Shown here piece by piece: positions 38,016 to 48,830 of a DNA stretch of 60,731 nt. Position 1 is the first letter of the stretch, and each line of letters opens with the position of its first letter. The notes beneath the pieces are model-generated. The model worked only from the letters and a program-made list of their open reading frames with translations, was not told the origin of the DNA and did no database searches. The translations under genes and the position numbers were made by a program. This stretch comes from Roseomonas sp. (GTDB lineage Bacteria; Pseudomonadota; Alphaproteobacteria; Acetobacterales; Acetobacteraceae), in contig JBIIIE010000001.1 of assembly GCA_044235135.1 (NCBI GenBank), positions 1 through 60,731 on the forward strand, written 5' to 3'.

Positions 38016-38136
38016 GGTGGTGTTCCTGATGAAATCGCAGCGATAGGCTGGTCCGGGCGCCATCCTCTCACCTTGCGTTGTTCCGCGTCAAAACTTTATG
38101 TTGACTGCGCTTGCGCGAATGCTTTTCCATGGCGTC

Positions 38137-38994
38137 ATGCTGCGCCTTGTGTTCATGCTCCTGTCGCTTTTCGCGGCGCCTGCCATGGCGCAGCCCCAAG
38201 CCATTGCCATCCCCGCGCATCCGGGCGAACAGGCGGCCAATGGGCCAGCCACGCTAAATGCAGCGTTCTGGCAACCAACAGGGCGCGGGCCACATGCTGC
38301 GATAATCCTGCTGCATGGCTGCGCAGGCATGAATACGCGCGCAGGCCAGCCCTTCCCGCGTGATACGGATTGGGCGCGGCGCTTATCGGCACTCGGCTAT
38401 CTTATCTTGCAGGTGGATAGCTTGACGCCGCGCAATGAAGGCAGCCTTTGCGGTCAGGGCAATGATCGCCGTATTCGCATGAGTGTCGAACGTGCGCGCG
38501 ATGCCTATGCAGGGCTGCTCTTCCTGCAAGCGCGCCCGGATGTGCGCGCTGATCGCATTGCGCTGATGGGCTGGTCCAATGGCGGCGGCACGGTGTTGTG
38601 GACTCTGTCACGCGAAAGCCGCGCGCGCCCCGCGGGCCTCAAGCATGATTTCGCTGCGGGCATTGCATTCTACCCTGGTTGCCGCACGCTTTCAGAACGG
38701 CGGGAGCCCTGGCAACCTGTAGCGCCCGTGCTGTTGCTGGTGGGTGAGGCGGATGATTGGACCCCCGCACCACCCTGCCTGGCGCTGGCGGCACGCAGTG
38801 GCGGGCGGTTGGAAGCCCATGCCTATCCCGGCGCGCATCATGATTTCGATGCACCCGATACGCCTCAACGGGTCTTGCGCGGCATTGGCGGCACCGCGAG
38901 CGGCACGGCGACCATCGGCACGCACCCTGCGGCACGAGAAGATTCTCTACGCCGCGTGCCGGAATTCCTCGCGCGCGTGATGCCCGCGCGTTAG
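38137..38994 (+). CDS. Exported dienelactone-hydrolase-family protein
   Basis: LHGCAG, GWSNGG nucleophile elbow, FYPGC, DDWTP, YPGAHHDFD. Start uncertain. Confidence 0.88.
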   Translation: MLRLVFMLLSLFAAPAMAQPQAIAIPAHPGEQAANGPATLNAAFWQPTGRGPHAAIILLHGCAGMNTRAGQPFPRDTDWARRLSALGYLILQVDSLTPRNEGSLCGQGNDRRIRMSVERARDAYAGLLFLQARPDVRADRIALMGWSNGGGTVLWTLSRESRARPAGLKHDFAAGIAFYPGCRTLSERREPWQPVAPVLLLVGEADDWTPAPPCLALAARSGGRLEAHAYPGAHHDFDAPDTPQRVLRGIGGTASGTATIGTHPAAREDSLRRVPEFLARVMPAR

Positions 38995-40133
38995 AGCTTC
39001 CAGCGCGACAGCCCGAGTATGCCAGCCCCGGCAAGCAAACCCCAGAAGGCGCCACCAATACCCAGAAAAGCCACACCGGAAGCTGCAATCAAAAAGCAGA
39101 TTACGGCGGCCTCGCGATCCTTTTCTTCCCGCACCGCGCCCATCAATGCACCCGCAAAGGATCCAAGCAGCGCAAGCCCCGCGACAGCTTCAATCAAGAT
39201 CGGCGGCGCGACAGCAACAAGCCCACTCGCCATACCGGCGGCCAAACCGCAGGCGGTGTAGACCAGGCCCGCCATGACAGCGGCGGGCCAACGCCGCGCG
39301 GGATCAGGCCCGGCGCCATCGCCGGCACACATCGCAGCCGTAATGGCGGCAAGGTTCACCGGATGGCCACCGAAAGGTGCCGCCAAAAGACTGAAGAATC
39401 CGGTGGTGGAAAAAAGCGGGCCCGGATCGGGGCGATAATTATTCGCGCTCAGTACAGCAATGCCGGGAATATTCTGCGATGCCATGGTCACGATAAAAAG
39501 CGGCAGCGCCAGACCGGTGATGGCCGTCAGGGAAAAAACCGGTGTTACCCATTCCGGGCTTGGCGCCCAATTGCCTTCTGGCATCGGCGCCTGAAAGGCG
39601 ATGATCGCGCCGGCGACAATCACCGCTACTGGCACTGCTGCCAGTTTGTGCCATCGCCCGGCGATGAGCCATGCGGCGATGATGGCAAGGGCGGCGATCG
39701 GCGCTTCTGCCACCGCGCGCACCGGCGCCAAACACAAGCCAAACAATATCCCGGCCAGCATGGCATTGGCGAGTGAGGCCGGGATCGCCGCCACTGCCCG
39801 CCCGAGTGGTTTCCACAAACCCGCCAGTATCAACAGCAATGCGCAAATGATGAAAGCGCCAACCGCTTCGGCAAAACCACCCGCCGGCATGATGGAAGCG
39901 GCCATCAGCGCCGCACCAGGTGTGGACCAGGCGCAGCTGATCGGCATGCGCTTCCAAAGCGACAGCAATATCCCGCAAAGCCCCATGGCGATGGAAACCG
40001 CCATCAGCCCCGATGCGGCCTGCGAAGGGCTGGCACCCATCGCCACAAAACCTTGCAGCACCACAGCAAAAGATGAGGCAAAGCCCACAACCCCCGCCAA
40101 TAATCCCGCCGAGATGGCTTGCATCGGCATCAA
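38991..40133 (-). CDS. BenE-family benzoate/H+ symporter-like transporter
   Basis: AWSTPGAAL, PLFIVTMASQNIPG, NLAAITAA, REAA, AFWGL. Confidence 0.92.
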   Translation of the reverse strand: MMPMQAISAGLLAGVVGFASSFAVVLQGFVAMGASPSQAASGLMAVSIAMGLCGILLSLWKRMPISCAWSTPGAALMAASIMPAGGFAEAVGAFIICALLLILAGLWKPLGRAVAAIPASLANAMLAGILFGLCLAPVRAVAEAPIAALAIIAAWLIAGRWHKLAAVPVAVIVAGAIIAFQAPMPEGNWAPSPEWVTPVFSLTAITGLALPLFIVTMASQNIPGIAVLSANNYRPDPGPLFSTTGFFSLLAAPFGGHPVNLAAITAAMCAGDGAGPDPARRWPAAVMAGLVYTACGLAAGMASGLVAVAPPILIEAVAGLALLGSFAGALMGAVREEKDREAAVICFLIAASGVAFLGIGGAFWGLLAGAGILGLSRWKL

Positions 40134-40498
40134 CGTCTTTCCTTCGGTAGCTTGTCCAAGGCGGCTTCAATGTTTGTAATTGCTTCCGGCGTCAGACGGC
40201 GAAAATCGCGCGCGAGCCGATTGGCAAGCGCTGTTGCTTCCGGTGAAAGCCCGCCGGTTTCCAGAACAACACGCGGATGGGATTGCCGTGCGAGCCGCGC
40301 CAATTCCTCCGCCTCATCCCAGATCAGGCCGAAGAATTCATTGACCTGATGCACAAGCCCGGCGGAGGGTTGGCCGCGCCGCCCATGTTCCAGGGCAGAA
40401 AGATAGGCCGCCGAAACCTGCAAGGCCGCCGCCAGATCCTTGAGCGCCACGCCGCGTTCGGCGCGCAATGTGCGCAGCCGCGCGCCGAAGGGGGTCAT
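40130..40498 (-). CDS. XRE-family HTH regulator
   Basis: MTPFG..LR, VSAAYLSALEHGRRG, LIWDEAEEL, SHPRV. Confidence 0.88.
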   Translation of the reverse strand: MTPFGARLRTLRAERGVALKDLAAALQVSAAYLSALEHGRRGQPSAGLVHQVNEFFGLIWDEAEELARLARQSHPRVVLETGGLSPEATALANRLARDFRRLTPEAITNIEAALDKLPKERR

Positions 40499-41034
40499 TT
40501 GCGTCGCCGCAGCATCAGATGCACCGCGCCGGTATTCGCCGCATGCGGATGCGCAGCCGCCAGCAACAGGCGCCGCATATCGGGCGCATTCAGCCAATGC
40601 GGCAATTCACGCCGCAGCACGCCACCTTCCGGCGATGAACCACGGCCCGTGATCACGGCAACGCAGCGCAGCCCATTGTTGAATGCATCTACCAAAAAAC
40701 CGCGCACCGCATCATGCGCTTCCTGCGCACGACGCCCATGCAGATCGAGCGTGCGTTCCGGCTTCATGCGGCCCCGGCGCAAGGCGCGCCAGCGCTTGTC
40801 ATCCAAACCCGCCGGCGTGACATTCACCTGAATGGGTGGTGGTTGCCAGGCCACCGGTAAACTGGGCTGGACCGCTGGCGCCACCTGCGGCGCGATGACA
40901 GCGGGCGGCGCCTCAGCCGGTTCAGCCAGCGGCAGCGCGCGTCCGGGCAGAGGGTCCACACGCGCGACATAGGCCTGCCACAGGGCTCGATCCGCGGCGC
41001 TCAGCGCACGGGCACGGCGACGCGAAAGACTCAT
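40495..41034 (-). CDS. Smr/MutS2-domain protein
   Basis: LRRGR, TLDLHG, VITGRG, GVLRRELPHWL. Confidence 0.9.
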   Translation of the reverse strand: MSLSRRRARALSAADRALWQAYVARVDPLPGRALPLAEPAEAPPAVIAPQVAPAVQPSLPVAWQPPPIQVNVTPAGLDDKRWRALRRGRMKPERTLDLHGRRAQEAHDAVRGFLVDAFNNGLRCVAVITGRGSSPEGGVLRRELPHWLNAPDMRRLLLAAAHPHAANTGAVHLMLRRRK

Positions 41035-41735
41035 CCCGGCAGCGCGGCGGGATCATCATCCACCACAATCACATGCAGCCGCCGTGGCCCATGCGCGCCG
41101 AGTTCCAAGGTTTGTTCAATATCCGCGCTGCGCGACGGGCCAGTCACCAGCATCACATTGCGCGGCATGAATCCGCCTGTGACAGCGTCCTGTCTTTCCG
41201 AGCGCAGCATATCCCAGGCATCCTCATATGGCCCGGTGATGCGCGATGCGCGGAGCACAACAATCTCGGTTTCCGCCAATAGATTGAGCGTGGTGGGGCG
41301 CGTGGGATCGGATGGCAGCATCAACGTGCCGGTTTCCGCAATGCCGGCATAGCCATGCTGGACGGAGACCAGATCGCTTGCTTCGGCGCGGCGGGTTTCA
41401 AATTCAAGCATCGCGCGGTCAGACCAGGACAGTGCCTGCAATTCCGGATGCGGCGCCATGACAAATCGTGGCGCGAGGTTCTGCTGCGCAAGATATTCCG
41501 CGACCGCGCTTGGCACTTCCTTCACGTCAGCCACGCGCGTGACGCTGCCGAATTCCTTCTCCACATTTGCGATGAAAAGCTTGATCTGATCGGGCCGCGG
41601 CACGCGCGACCGCGCGGGGATCAAATGCCTGGGCCGCGCCATCATCCGCGCTTCCAGCATCGCGCGCTGATCAGCCGGTAGCGGCCCGCGCTTCAGGCCG
41701 CGACGAATGGCATTCAGAATTGCTTCCTTGCTCAT
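41031..41735 (-). CDS. lutC: LUD-domain lactate utilization protein C
   Basis: IAETGTL, TGPSRSADIEQTLELGAHGP. Confidence 0.88.
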   Translation of the reverse strand: MSKEAILNAIRRGLKRGPLPADQRAMLEARMMARPRHLIPARSRVPRPDQIKLFIANVEKEFGSVTRVADVKEVPSAVAEYLAQQNLAPRFVMAPHPELQALSWSDRAMLEFETRRAEASDLVSVQHGYAGIAETGTLMLPSDPTRPTTLNLLAETEIVVLRASRITGPYEDAWDMLRSERQDAVTGGFMPRNVMLVTGPSRSADIEQTLELGAHGPRRLHVIVVDDDPAALPG

Positions 41736-41738
41736 CGC

Positions 41739-43163
41739 TCAGGCCCCGCGCTTGGTTTTGGCGTAGCGATCCATGAAGGTGCCACCTTCCGGCACCGGCA
41801 AATCGCGCCCCTGAGTCCAACCGCCAGCCAGCGGCAATGATCGGAAAGCGCCCTTGCCCTGCGCCAGCAGGCCAAGTGCGCCAACGGCAAGCTTTGTCGC
41901 CATACGATACAGCGCCGGTCGCTGCGCGACATAGGCCCAAAGCCCAAGATTGCGCCGCACCGCCGCCGGCGACAAATGCCGTTCGAATTCGCGTTCGCGC
42001 CAATGGCGCATCATTTTTGGCAGTGGAATCTTCACCGGGCAGACGGATTCGCAGCGCCCACAAAAGGTCGAGGCATTGGGCAAATGCCCGGCCTTATCCA
42101 CACCAATCAGCGTTGGCGTCAGCACACTGCCCATGGGGCCAGGATAGACCCAGCCATAGGCATGCCCACCTGTCACGCCATAAACCGGGCAGTGATTCAT
42201 ACAGGCAGCGCAACGGATACAGCGGAGCATTTCCTGAAATTCCGTGCCGAACATATTGGATCTGCCATTATCAATCAGCACCACATGATATTCCTCCGGC
42301 CCATCCAAATCGCCAGGCCGCCGGCCACCAGTGGAGAAGGTAGTATAAACCGAAAAATCCTGCCCAGTGGCGGAACGCGCCAAAAGCCGCAGGAGCGCGC
42401 AGGCATCATTCAGCGTCGGCACCATTTTTTCGATGCTGGCCAGCGCGATATGCACACGCGGCAAGGTCTGCGTGAGGTCCCCATTGCCTTCATTCGTGAC
42501 AATCACGCTGCTGCCGGATTCCGCAATCAGGAAATTGGCACCCGTAATGCCGACATCGGCGGCCAGGAAGCGATCACGCAATTTGGTGCGCGCTTCCGTC
42601 AGGATATCGCGCCTTTCGCTGAACACGCGATCCTTGGGCAAATCCGTGTGCATTTCTCGGAAGGATTTCTCCCAATCCTCACGATTCAAATGAAACGCCG
42701 GTGCGATGATATGGGATGGATGTTCGCGGCGAAGCTGGATGATGTATTCGCCAAGATCGGTTTCAACCGGTTCAATGCCATGGGCTTCCAAATGATCATT
42801 GATCCCGAGTTCCTCGGAAATCATGGATTTGCCCTTGGTGACGGTCTTCGCCCCGGCATTGCGGCAAATCTCCAGCACCGCCGCGCGGGCTTCCTCCGCA
42901 GTGGAGCACCAATGCACCTTGCCGCCGGCGGCTTCCACATTGGCGGCATAGGTTTCCAGATAGAAATCCAGATTGGCCAGCGTATGATTCTTGATGTCGC
43001 GCCCGATGTCGCGCAGCTGTTCAAATTCCGGCAGGCGCGCAACAGCATCTCCGCGGCGTTGCAGGAAGGCGCCCTTGGCCTTGCCCAAAGCCTTTTGCAG
43101 CCCGGCATCGCCAATGGCGCGGGCAGCGTTTTCCTTGAATTGCGGCGAGGTAATCTGAACCAC
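41739..43163 (-). CDS. lutB: Lactate utilization Fe-S protein B (LutB/LldF)
   Basis: KGKSM, ETDLGE, PSHI, NEGNG, CIRCAACMNHCP, YPGPMG, CGRCESVCP. GTG start at 43163. Confidence 0.93.
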   Translation of the reverse strand: MVQITSPQFKENAARAIGDAGLQKALGKAKGAFLQRRGDAVARLPEFEQLRDIGRDIKNHTLANLDFYLETYAANVEAAGGKVHWCSTAEEARAAVLEICRNAGAKTVTKGKSMISEELGINDHLEAHGIEPVETDLGEYIIQLRREHPSHIIAPAFHLNREDWEKSFREMHTDLPKDRVFSERRDILTEARTKLRDRFLAADVGITGANFLIAESGSSVIVTNEGNGDLTQTLPRVHIALASIEKMVPTLNDACALLRLLARSATGQDFSVYTTFSTGGRRPGDLDGPEEYHVVLIDNGRSNMFGTEFQEMLRCIRCAACMNHCPVYGVTGGHAYGWVYPGPMGSVLTPTLIGVDKAGHLPNASTFCGRCESVCPVKIPLPKMMRHWREREFERHLSPAAVRRNLGLWAYVAQRPALYRMATKLAVGALGLLAQGKGAFRSLPLAGGWTQGRDLPVPEGGTFMDRYAKTKRGA

Positions 43164-43297
43164 GGCGGAAACCCTCTTGCTTTTGCGGCGCATCTTAGCG
43201 CAACCCGCGCGCTTGGTCAGGGGGGTTTGCGCGCAGGCCTGACCTTTCCTAACCTGACCCCGCATTTTGGAGAGGAAGCCATGGCAGGGGTTTTGGC

Positions 43298-43663
43298 ATG
43301 AATATCGCGGCTTTGCCCGCCCGCGCCGCCGCCGCGCAAGGCCTGGCGCGCTGGGGGCGCAACCTGACGGCGGATGTATTCTTCAGCGTGGGTGATACCG
43401 CCTGGATTCTTGCCATCCATAAGGGCGTGCTGATCTCCGCCAACCCCGCCCCCGCCCTGATGCCGAGTTACGACCTTGCCATCCATGCGGGTGCCGAGGA
43501 TTTCGCGCGCTTTCTGCAAGACCCGCCGCCGCCTGGCTGGCATGACATTATGGGCCTGGTGCGGCTTGGCACCTTCAAGGTGGAAGGCAATGTCGCGCTC
43601 TTTATGGCGCATATTTTCTGGTTCAAGGGCGTGCTCGCCCTGCTGAGGGAGCCCCGCGCATGA
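43298..43663 (+). CDS. Small hypothetical protein, possible SCP2-like fold
   Basis: 121 aa; pattern ...FARFLQDPPPPGWHDIMGL...FKVEGN; ATGA-coupled to the hydrolase. The fold is an inference. Confidence 0.65.
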   Translation: MNIAALPARAAAAQGLARWGRNLTADVFFSVGDTAWILAIHKGVLISANPAPALMPSYDLAIHAGAEDFARFLQDPPPPGWHDIMGLVRLGTFKVEGNVALFMAHIFWFKGVLALLREPRA

Positions 43664-44493
43664 TCGAAGCCATTACCGGGCGCTACATGCACTTGGAACT
43701 CGAAGGCCGCGCGCATCGGCTGTATTTTGAGGAAGCGGGTCAGGGCATCCCGCTATTGCTGCTGCATACGGCGGGCAGTGATGGCCGGCAGTGGCGCGGC
43801 TTGTTGAATGATGCGGAAGTGACAGCGCGTTTTCGTTGCGTAACTTTCGACATGCCCTGGCATGGCAAATCCAGCCCGCCCGAGGGATGGGAGAAGGAAA
43901 CCTATCAACTCACCACCGCGCGCTACACAGGCATGATCATGGCGGTGGCCCGCGCGCTTGACCTTGATCGGCCCGTGGTGATGGGGTGTTCGATTGGTGG
44001 GCGTATCGTTCTTGATTTGGCCGCTGAACATGCGGATGATTTGCGTGGCGTGATTGGCCTGCAATCGGCTGCGTTTCTCTCGCCCTATTACGATACCTCC
44101 TGGCTGCATCACCCGCATGTGCATGGTGGGGAAGTTTGTGGCGGTATTGTTTCCGGCCTGATTGGCCCGCATGCGCCGGAGGCTTCGCGCTGGGAAACGC
44201 TGTGGCATTACATGCAGGGCGGCCCGGGCGTGTTTCGCGGTGATTTGCATTTCTACAAGGGCGAAGGCGATTTGCGCCCCAAGCTTGCGCGCATTGATAC
44301 CAAGCGCTGCCCCGTTCATATGCTGACCGGCAATTATGATTACTCCTGCAAGCCCGAGGATACGGAAGCCACCGCCGCTGCCATCCCTGGGGCCAAGGTG
44401 CAGATCATGAAGGGCCTCGGCCATTTCCCGATGAGCGAGGATTACGCCGCGCTGCGGCCCTATCTTCTGCCGGTATTGGCGCAGTTTGCGTGA
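43660..44493 (+). CDS. Alpha/beta hydrolase
   Basis: LLHTAGSDGRQW, DMPWHGKS, GCSIGG, TGNYD, GHFPMSE. Confidence 0.9.
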   Translation: MIEAITGRYMHLELEGRAHRLYFEEAGQGIPLLLLHTAGSDGRQWRGLLNDAEVTARFRCVTFDMPWHGKSSPPEGWEKETYQLTTARYTGMIMAVARALDLDRPVVMGCSIGGRIVLDLAAEHADDLRGVIGLQSAAFLSPYYDTSWLHHPHVHGGEVCGGIVSGLIGPHAPEASRWETLWHYMQGGPGVFRGDLHFYKGEGDLRPKLARIDTKRCPVHMLTGNYDYSCKPEDTEATAAAIPGAKVQIMKGLGHFPMSEDYAALRPYLLPVLAQFA

Positions 44494-44502
44494 CGCCGCG
44501 CA

Positions 44503-45825
44503 TTACGCTGCGATCCGGTCAATCCGATCACGCAGCCGATACCAGCCGCCGATGATGGGCAGGAACCAATTCGGGTTGCCGTTATAAAGCGCAACCGTTG
44601 GGAATTCCAAACCATCAAGCGCGAAGCGCTGATTGGCGGCACCAGCGATTTTCAGTGCCGCGTTGTGGCCAAGCCAGGTTGCCATGGCAACACCGGAACC
44701 CTGACAGCCGGCGGCATAATGAATGCCATCCTGCACGCCGATATGCGGCAGGAAATCAAAGGTGAAGGCCACATTGCCGGTCCAGGCATGGGTGATTTTC
44801 ACTTTGCTCAGTTCAGGAAATACTGCCGTCATGAAGGAATGCAACCGCGGCGCGGCGGCTTCCGGCGCATTGGGGCCAAAGCGCGCGCGCCCGCCCCAAA
44901 GTATCCGGTTGCCATAGGGCGCAGGCCGAAAATAATTCAACACGCGCTTGGTATCGCTGATCATGCGACGGCCAGGGAATAGCCGATCCATGGTTTCCGC
45001 CGGCAATTCCTCGGTTGCGATAATGTAGGAAGCAACAGGGATCATGCGCCGTGCGAGCCAGGGCATGGCGCTTTTCCCATCAGCACCGCGTGAATAACCA
45101 TTGGTGGCAACCAGCACGGCATCGGCGCGCAGTTCTCCGCGATTGGTCGCAATACGAAAGCCAGAACTATCGGCGCGAATGCCGGCAACGCGCGTATAAT
45201 CCACCAGCGTCGCACCAGCGCGCACCGCCGCTGCCGCAAGCCCGCGCGCGTATTTGCCGGGATGGATACTGCCCGTCGCAGCGGCCTTCATGCCGCCGCG
45301 ATAATGGTCTGATCCCAGCGCTTCATGCTGGCATGATGGCGGCAGCATTTCCGTGGGCAGGCCCGTAATCTCAGCGATATAATCCGCCTGTCGCGCCAGC
45401 GCGTCATAATGCTTGGGCGTCCAGGCCGCGACAAAACGCCCGCAGCGCGTGTAATCGCATTCAATCCCCTCACGCGCGATGGTTTCTTCAATGAAGGGGA
45501 AGGAAGCCGCCGCTGCCATGGCGATATTGCGTGCCTGTTCAGCGCCAAGTTTTTCGGCAAGCGCCGTGCGCGCCACCTTCAACCCACCAGAAACCATGCC
45601 GCCATTGCGCGAGGATGCACCCCAGCCAATGCGCTCCGCATCCAGTACCGTGACCTTATGGCCAAGCCGCGCCAGGCTGAGTGCTGCGGAAAGCCCAGCA
45701 TAGCCGCCACCAATCACCGCGACCGGCGCGTGATCCGGCAATGGCGTGCTCCGTTCCGGCGGTTCCGCCGCTTCCCACCACCAAGGGCTGGTCTTGAATC
45801 CTGGGGCGAAGAGCGTGCTGTTCAT
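44503..45825 (-). CDS. FAD-dependent oxidoreductase (DAO/PuuB-like)
   Basis: VIGGGYAGL, GASSRNGG, VATNGY, AWTG, GSGVA. Confidence 0.9.
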   Translation of the reverse strand: MNSTLFAPGFKTSPWWWEAAEPPERSTPLPDHAPVAVIGGGYAGLSAALSLARLGHKVTVLDAERIGWGASSRNGGMVSGGLKVARTALAEKLGAEQARNIAMAAAASFPFIEETIAREGIECDYTRCGRFVAAWTPKHYDALARQADYIAEITGLPTEMLPPSCQHEALGSDHYRGGMKAAATGSIHPGKYARGLAAAAVRAGATLVDYTRVAGIRADSSGFRIATNRGELRADAVLVATNGYSRGADGKSAMPWLARRMIPVASYIIATEELPAETMDRLFPGRRMISDTKRVLNYFRPAPYGNRILWGGRARFGPNAPEAAAPRLHSFMTAVFPELSKVKITHAWTGNVAFTFDFLPHIGVQDGIHYAAGCQGSGVAMATWLGHNAALKIAGAANQRFALDGLEFPTVALYNGNPNWFLPIIGGWYRLRDRIDRIAA

Positions 45826-45829
45826 GGAT

Positions 45830-47524
45830 TTATGCAGTCTTCGTTTCCTGCAATCCCAATTCACGCGTCATTTCATCGCGCATGATGAATTTTTGCATCT
45901 TGCCTGTCACAGTCATGGGGAAGCTTTCAACGAATTTGATATGGCGCGGCACCTTGTAATGCGCGATTTGCCCCGCGCAAAAGGCGCGCACATCATCCGC
46001 AGTCAGATGTTCATGCGCGCGCAACTTGATCCAGGCGCAGAGTTCCTCGCCAAAGCGTTGATCGGGGACGCCGAATACCTGCACATCCTCGATCTTTGGG
46101 TGGCGATAGAGGAATTCCTCAACTTCCCGCGGGTAAATATTCTCACCACCGCGGATCACCATATCCTTGATACGGCCAACGATATTGCAGAAGCCTTCTT
46201 CGTCAATCGTCGCCAAATCGCCGGTATGCATCCAACGCGCAGCATCAATCGCCTGCGCAGTGCGTTCCGGATCTTCCCAATAACCGAGCATCACCGCATA
46301 GCCGCGCGTGCAAAGCTCACCCGCGACGCCGCGCGGGACGATGCGGCCTTCGCTGTCAATGATCTTCACTTCCAGATGCGGCTGCACGCGACCCACGGTG
46401 GAAACGCGGCGATCCAGCGGATCATCCACGCTGGTCTGGAAGCTGACCGGGCTGGTTTCTGTCATGCCGTAAGCGATGGTGATTTCACGCAGATTCATGC
46501 TATCCACCGCGCGGCGCATGACCTCAATCGGGCAGGGCGCGCCAGCCATGATGCCTGTGCGGAGCGATGAAAGATCAAAGCTCGCGAATTGCGGGTGTTC
46601 CATTTGCGCGATGAACATGGTGGGCACGCCATGCAGGCCGGTGCAGCGTTCCTCCGCCACTGTTTGCAGTGTAGCCAGCGGATCAAAGCCCTCACCGGGA
46701 TAGACCATGGCGGTGCCATGCGTGGTGCAGGCCAGATTGCCCAGCACCATGCCAAAGCAATGATAAAGCGGCACGGGAATGCACAGCTTATCCTGCGACG
46801 TCAGCTTCATCGCTTCCCCGATAAAGTAGCCGTTATTCAGGATATTATGATGCGTCAGCGTCGCACCCTTCGGCGCGCCGGTGGTGCCAGAGGTGAATTG
46901 GATATTGATGGGATCATCGAATTGCAGCTTGCCCGCCAATTCACGCAGGTGTTCATGATGCGCCGCCGCACCCATTTCCAGGATGCTGTGGAACGGAATC
47001 ATGCCTGGGGATGGGTTTGCGTTGATTTCAACCACTATTTCCAGCTTTGGCAATTTCTCCGATGAAAGCCTACCCGGCAAGACGCGCGCCAATTCCGGCG
47101 CCAGCGTATTCACCATGCCGACGTAATCAGATGTCTTGAAACGTGTCGCGATAATCAGCGCGCGGCAGCCAACCTTGTTCAGCGCATATTCCAATTCGGA
47201 AAGCCGATAGGCGGGATTGATATTCACCAGCACCAGCCCGGCCTTGGCAGTGGCGAATTGGGTGATGACCCATTCGGCGTTATTGGGCGACCAGATGCCA
47301 ACGCGGTCGCCCGGTTGCAACCCAAGCGCCAGAAGCCCGGCGGCGAAAGCATCCACCTTCGCGCCCAATTCAGCATAGCTCCAGCGAATGCCTTGCTGGC
47401 GCACGATCAGCCCTGGCCGATCACCCCATTGGGCAACGGTCCGGTCAAAATTCAAACCGATGGTCTCACCGATCAAGGCTTGTACGCTTTGGCCGGTTAC
47501 ATAGCTAAGGGCGGGGCTGGTCAT
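45830..47524 (-). CDS. Acyl-CoA synthetase (AMP-binding, ACSF2-like)
   Basis: [44 protein letters not shown]. Confidence 0.93.
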   Translation of the reverse strand: MTSPALSYVTGQSVQALIGETIGLNFDRTVAQWGDRPGLIVRQQGIRWSYAELGAKVDAFAAGLLALGLQPGDRVGIWSPNNAEWVITQFATAKAGLVLVNINPAYRLSELEYALNKVGCRALIIATRFKTSDYVGMVNTLAPELARVLPGRLSSEKLPKLEIVVEINANPSPGMIPFHSILEMGAAAHHEHLRELAGKLQFDDPINIQFTSGTTGAPKGATLTHHNILNNGYFIGEAMKLTSQDKLCIPVPLYHCFGMVLGNLACTTHGTAMVYPGEGFDPLATLQTVAEERCTGLHGVPTMFIAQMEHPQFASFDLSSLRTGIMAGAPCPIEVMRRAVDSMNLREITIAYGMTETSPVSFQTSVDDPLDRRVSTVGRVQPHLEVKIIDSEGRIVPRGVAGELCTRGYAVMLGYWEDPERTAQAIDAARWMHTGDLATIDEEGFCNIVGRIKDMVIRGGENIYPREVEEFLYRHPKIEDVQVFGVPDQRFGEELCAWIKLRAHEHLTADDVRAFCAGQIAHYKVPRHIKFVESFPMTVTGKMQKFIMRDEMTRELGLQETKTA

Positions 47525-47651
47525 TCCTGTTCTCCCTGGGCATTGGCCCATTCTTGGCGGGGTGGGGGCAAGTTTGCAATATTTGCTTGGCCTCGGCGGC
47601 GGCTACGCCTATCCTGGAGGCAATAAATTTGTGAAACGCGACAGGTTGAGC

Positions 47652-48830
47652 ATGGCCAATATTCCAAACCGCCTTCCGGGGCTTGATTTCGATCTCGGCG
47701 AGACCGCCGATATGTTGCGCGATCAGGTGGCAAGCTTTTCCGCTGATGAGATCGCGCCACGCGCTGCAGAAATAGACAAGACCAATGATTTCCCCGCCGA
47801 TCTCTGGCGGAAATTCGGTGATCTTGGCGTGCTTGGCATTACCGTTGACGAAGACCATGGCGGCGCCGGCATGGGCTATCTGGAACATGTTGTGGCGATG
47901 GAAGAAATCTCGCGCGCATCAGCCTCAGTTGGGCTTTCCTATGGCGCGCATTCCAATCTTTGCGTCAATCAAATCTCCCGCAACGGCAATGAGGATCAGA
48001 AGCGCCGCTATCTGCCCAAGCTGATTTCGGGCGAGCATGTGGGCGCGCTGGCGATGAGCGAGCCAGGTGCCGGTTCCGATGTGGTTTCCATGCGGCTGCG
48101 CGCTGAAAAGCGTGGTGATCGTTATGTGCTGAACGGCACGAAGATGTGGATCACCAATGGCCCGGATGCGGATGTGCTGGTGATCTACGCCAAGACCGAT
48201 CCTTCCGCCGGCCCGAAAGGGATTACGGCTTTTCTGGTGGAGAAGAATTTCCCCGGTTTTTCCTGCGCGCAAAAGCTGGATAAGCTTGGCATGCGCGGAT
48301 CAAACACGGGCGAATTGGTGTTCCAGGATTGTGAAGTACCGGCGGAGAATGTGCTCGGCGAGGTCAATGGCGGTGTGCGCGTATTGATGAGCGGGCTTGA
48401 TTACGAACGCGCCGTGCTGGCTGCCGGACCGCTTGGCATCATGCAGGCCTGCATGGATATCGTGCTGCCCTATGTGCATGAACGCAAGCAATTCGGCCAA
48501 GCCATCGGCGAATTCCAGATCATGCAAGCAAAGATCGCGGATATGTATACCACGATGAACGCGGCGAAATCCTATATCTACACAGTCGCCAAGGCCTGCG
48601 ATCGCGGCCAGACCACGCGAAAGGATGCCGCCGGCGCTATTTTATATGCCGCCGAAAAAGCCACCTGGATGACGCTGGAGGCGATTCAATGCCTGGGCGG
48701 CAATGGTTACATCAATGATTACGCCACGGGCCGGCTGCTGCGTGATGCCAAGCTTTATGAGATCGGCGCCGGAACTTCGGAGATTCGGCGCATGCTGATC
48801 GGGCGGGAATTGTTCCGCGAAACCGCATGA
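47652..48830 (+). CDS. ivd: Isovaleryl-CoA dehydrogenase
   Basis: [43 protein letters not shown]; next to MCC genes. Confidence 0.95.
   Translation: MANIPNRLPGLDFDLGETADMLRDQVASFSADEIAPRAAEIDKTNDFPADLWRKFGDLGVLGITVDEDHGGAGMGYLEHVVAMEEISRASASVGLSYGAHSNLCVNQISRNGNEDQKRRYLPKLISGEHVGALAMSEPGAGSDVVSMRLRAEKRGDRYVLNGTKMWITNGPDADVLVIYAKTDPSAGPKGITAFLVEKNFPGFSCAQKLDKLGMRGSNTGELVFQDCEVPAENVLGEVNGGVRVLMSGLDYERAVLAAGPLGIMQACMDIVLPYVHERKQFGQAIGEFQIMQAKIADMYTTMNAAKSYIYTVAKACDRGQTTRKDAAGAILYAAEKATWMTLEAIQCLGGNGYINDYATGRLLRDAKLYEIGAGTSEIRRMLIGRELFRETA

Noticed and set aside
38087-38105. Inverted repeat GTCAA-N9-TTGAC between divergent genes
   Set aside because: Short, and explicable as back-to-back -35 elements; no cognate regulator nearby.
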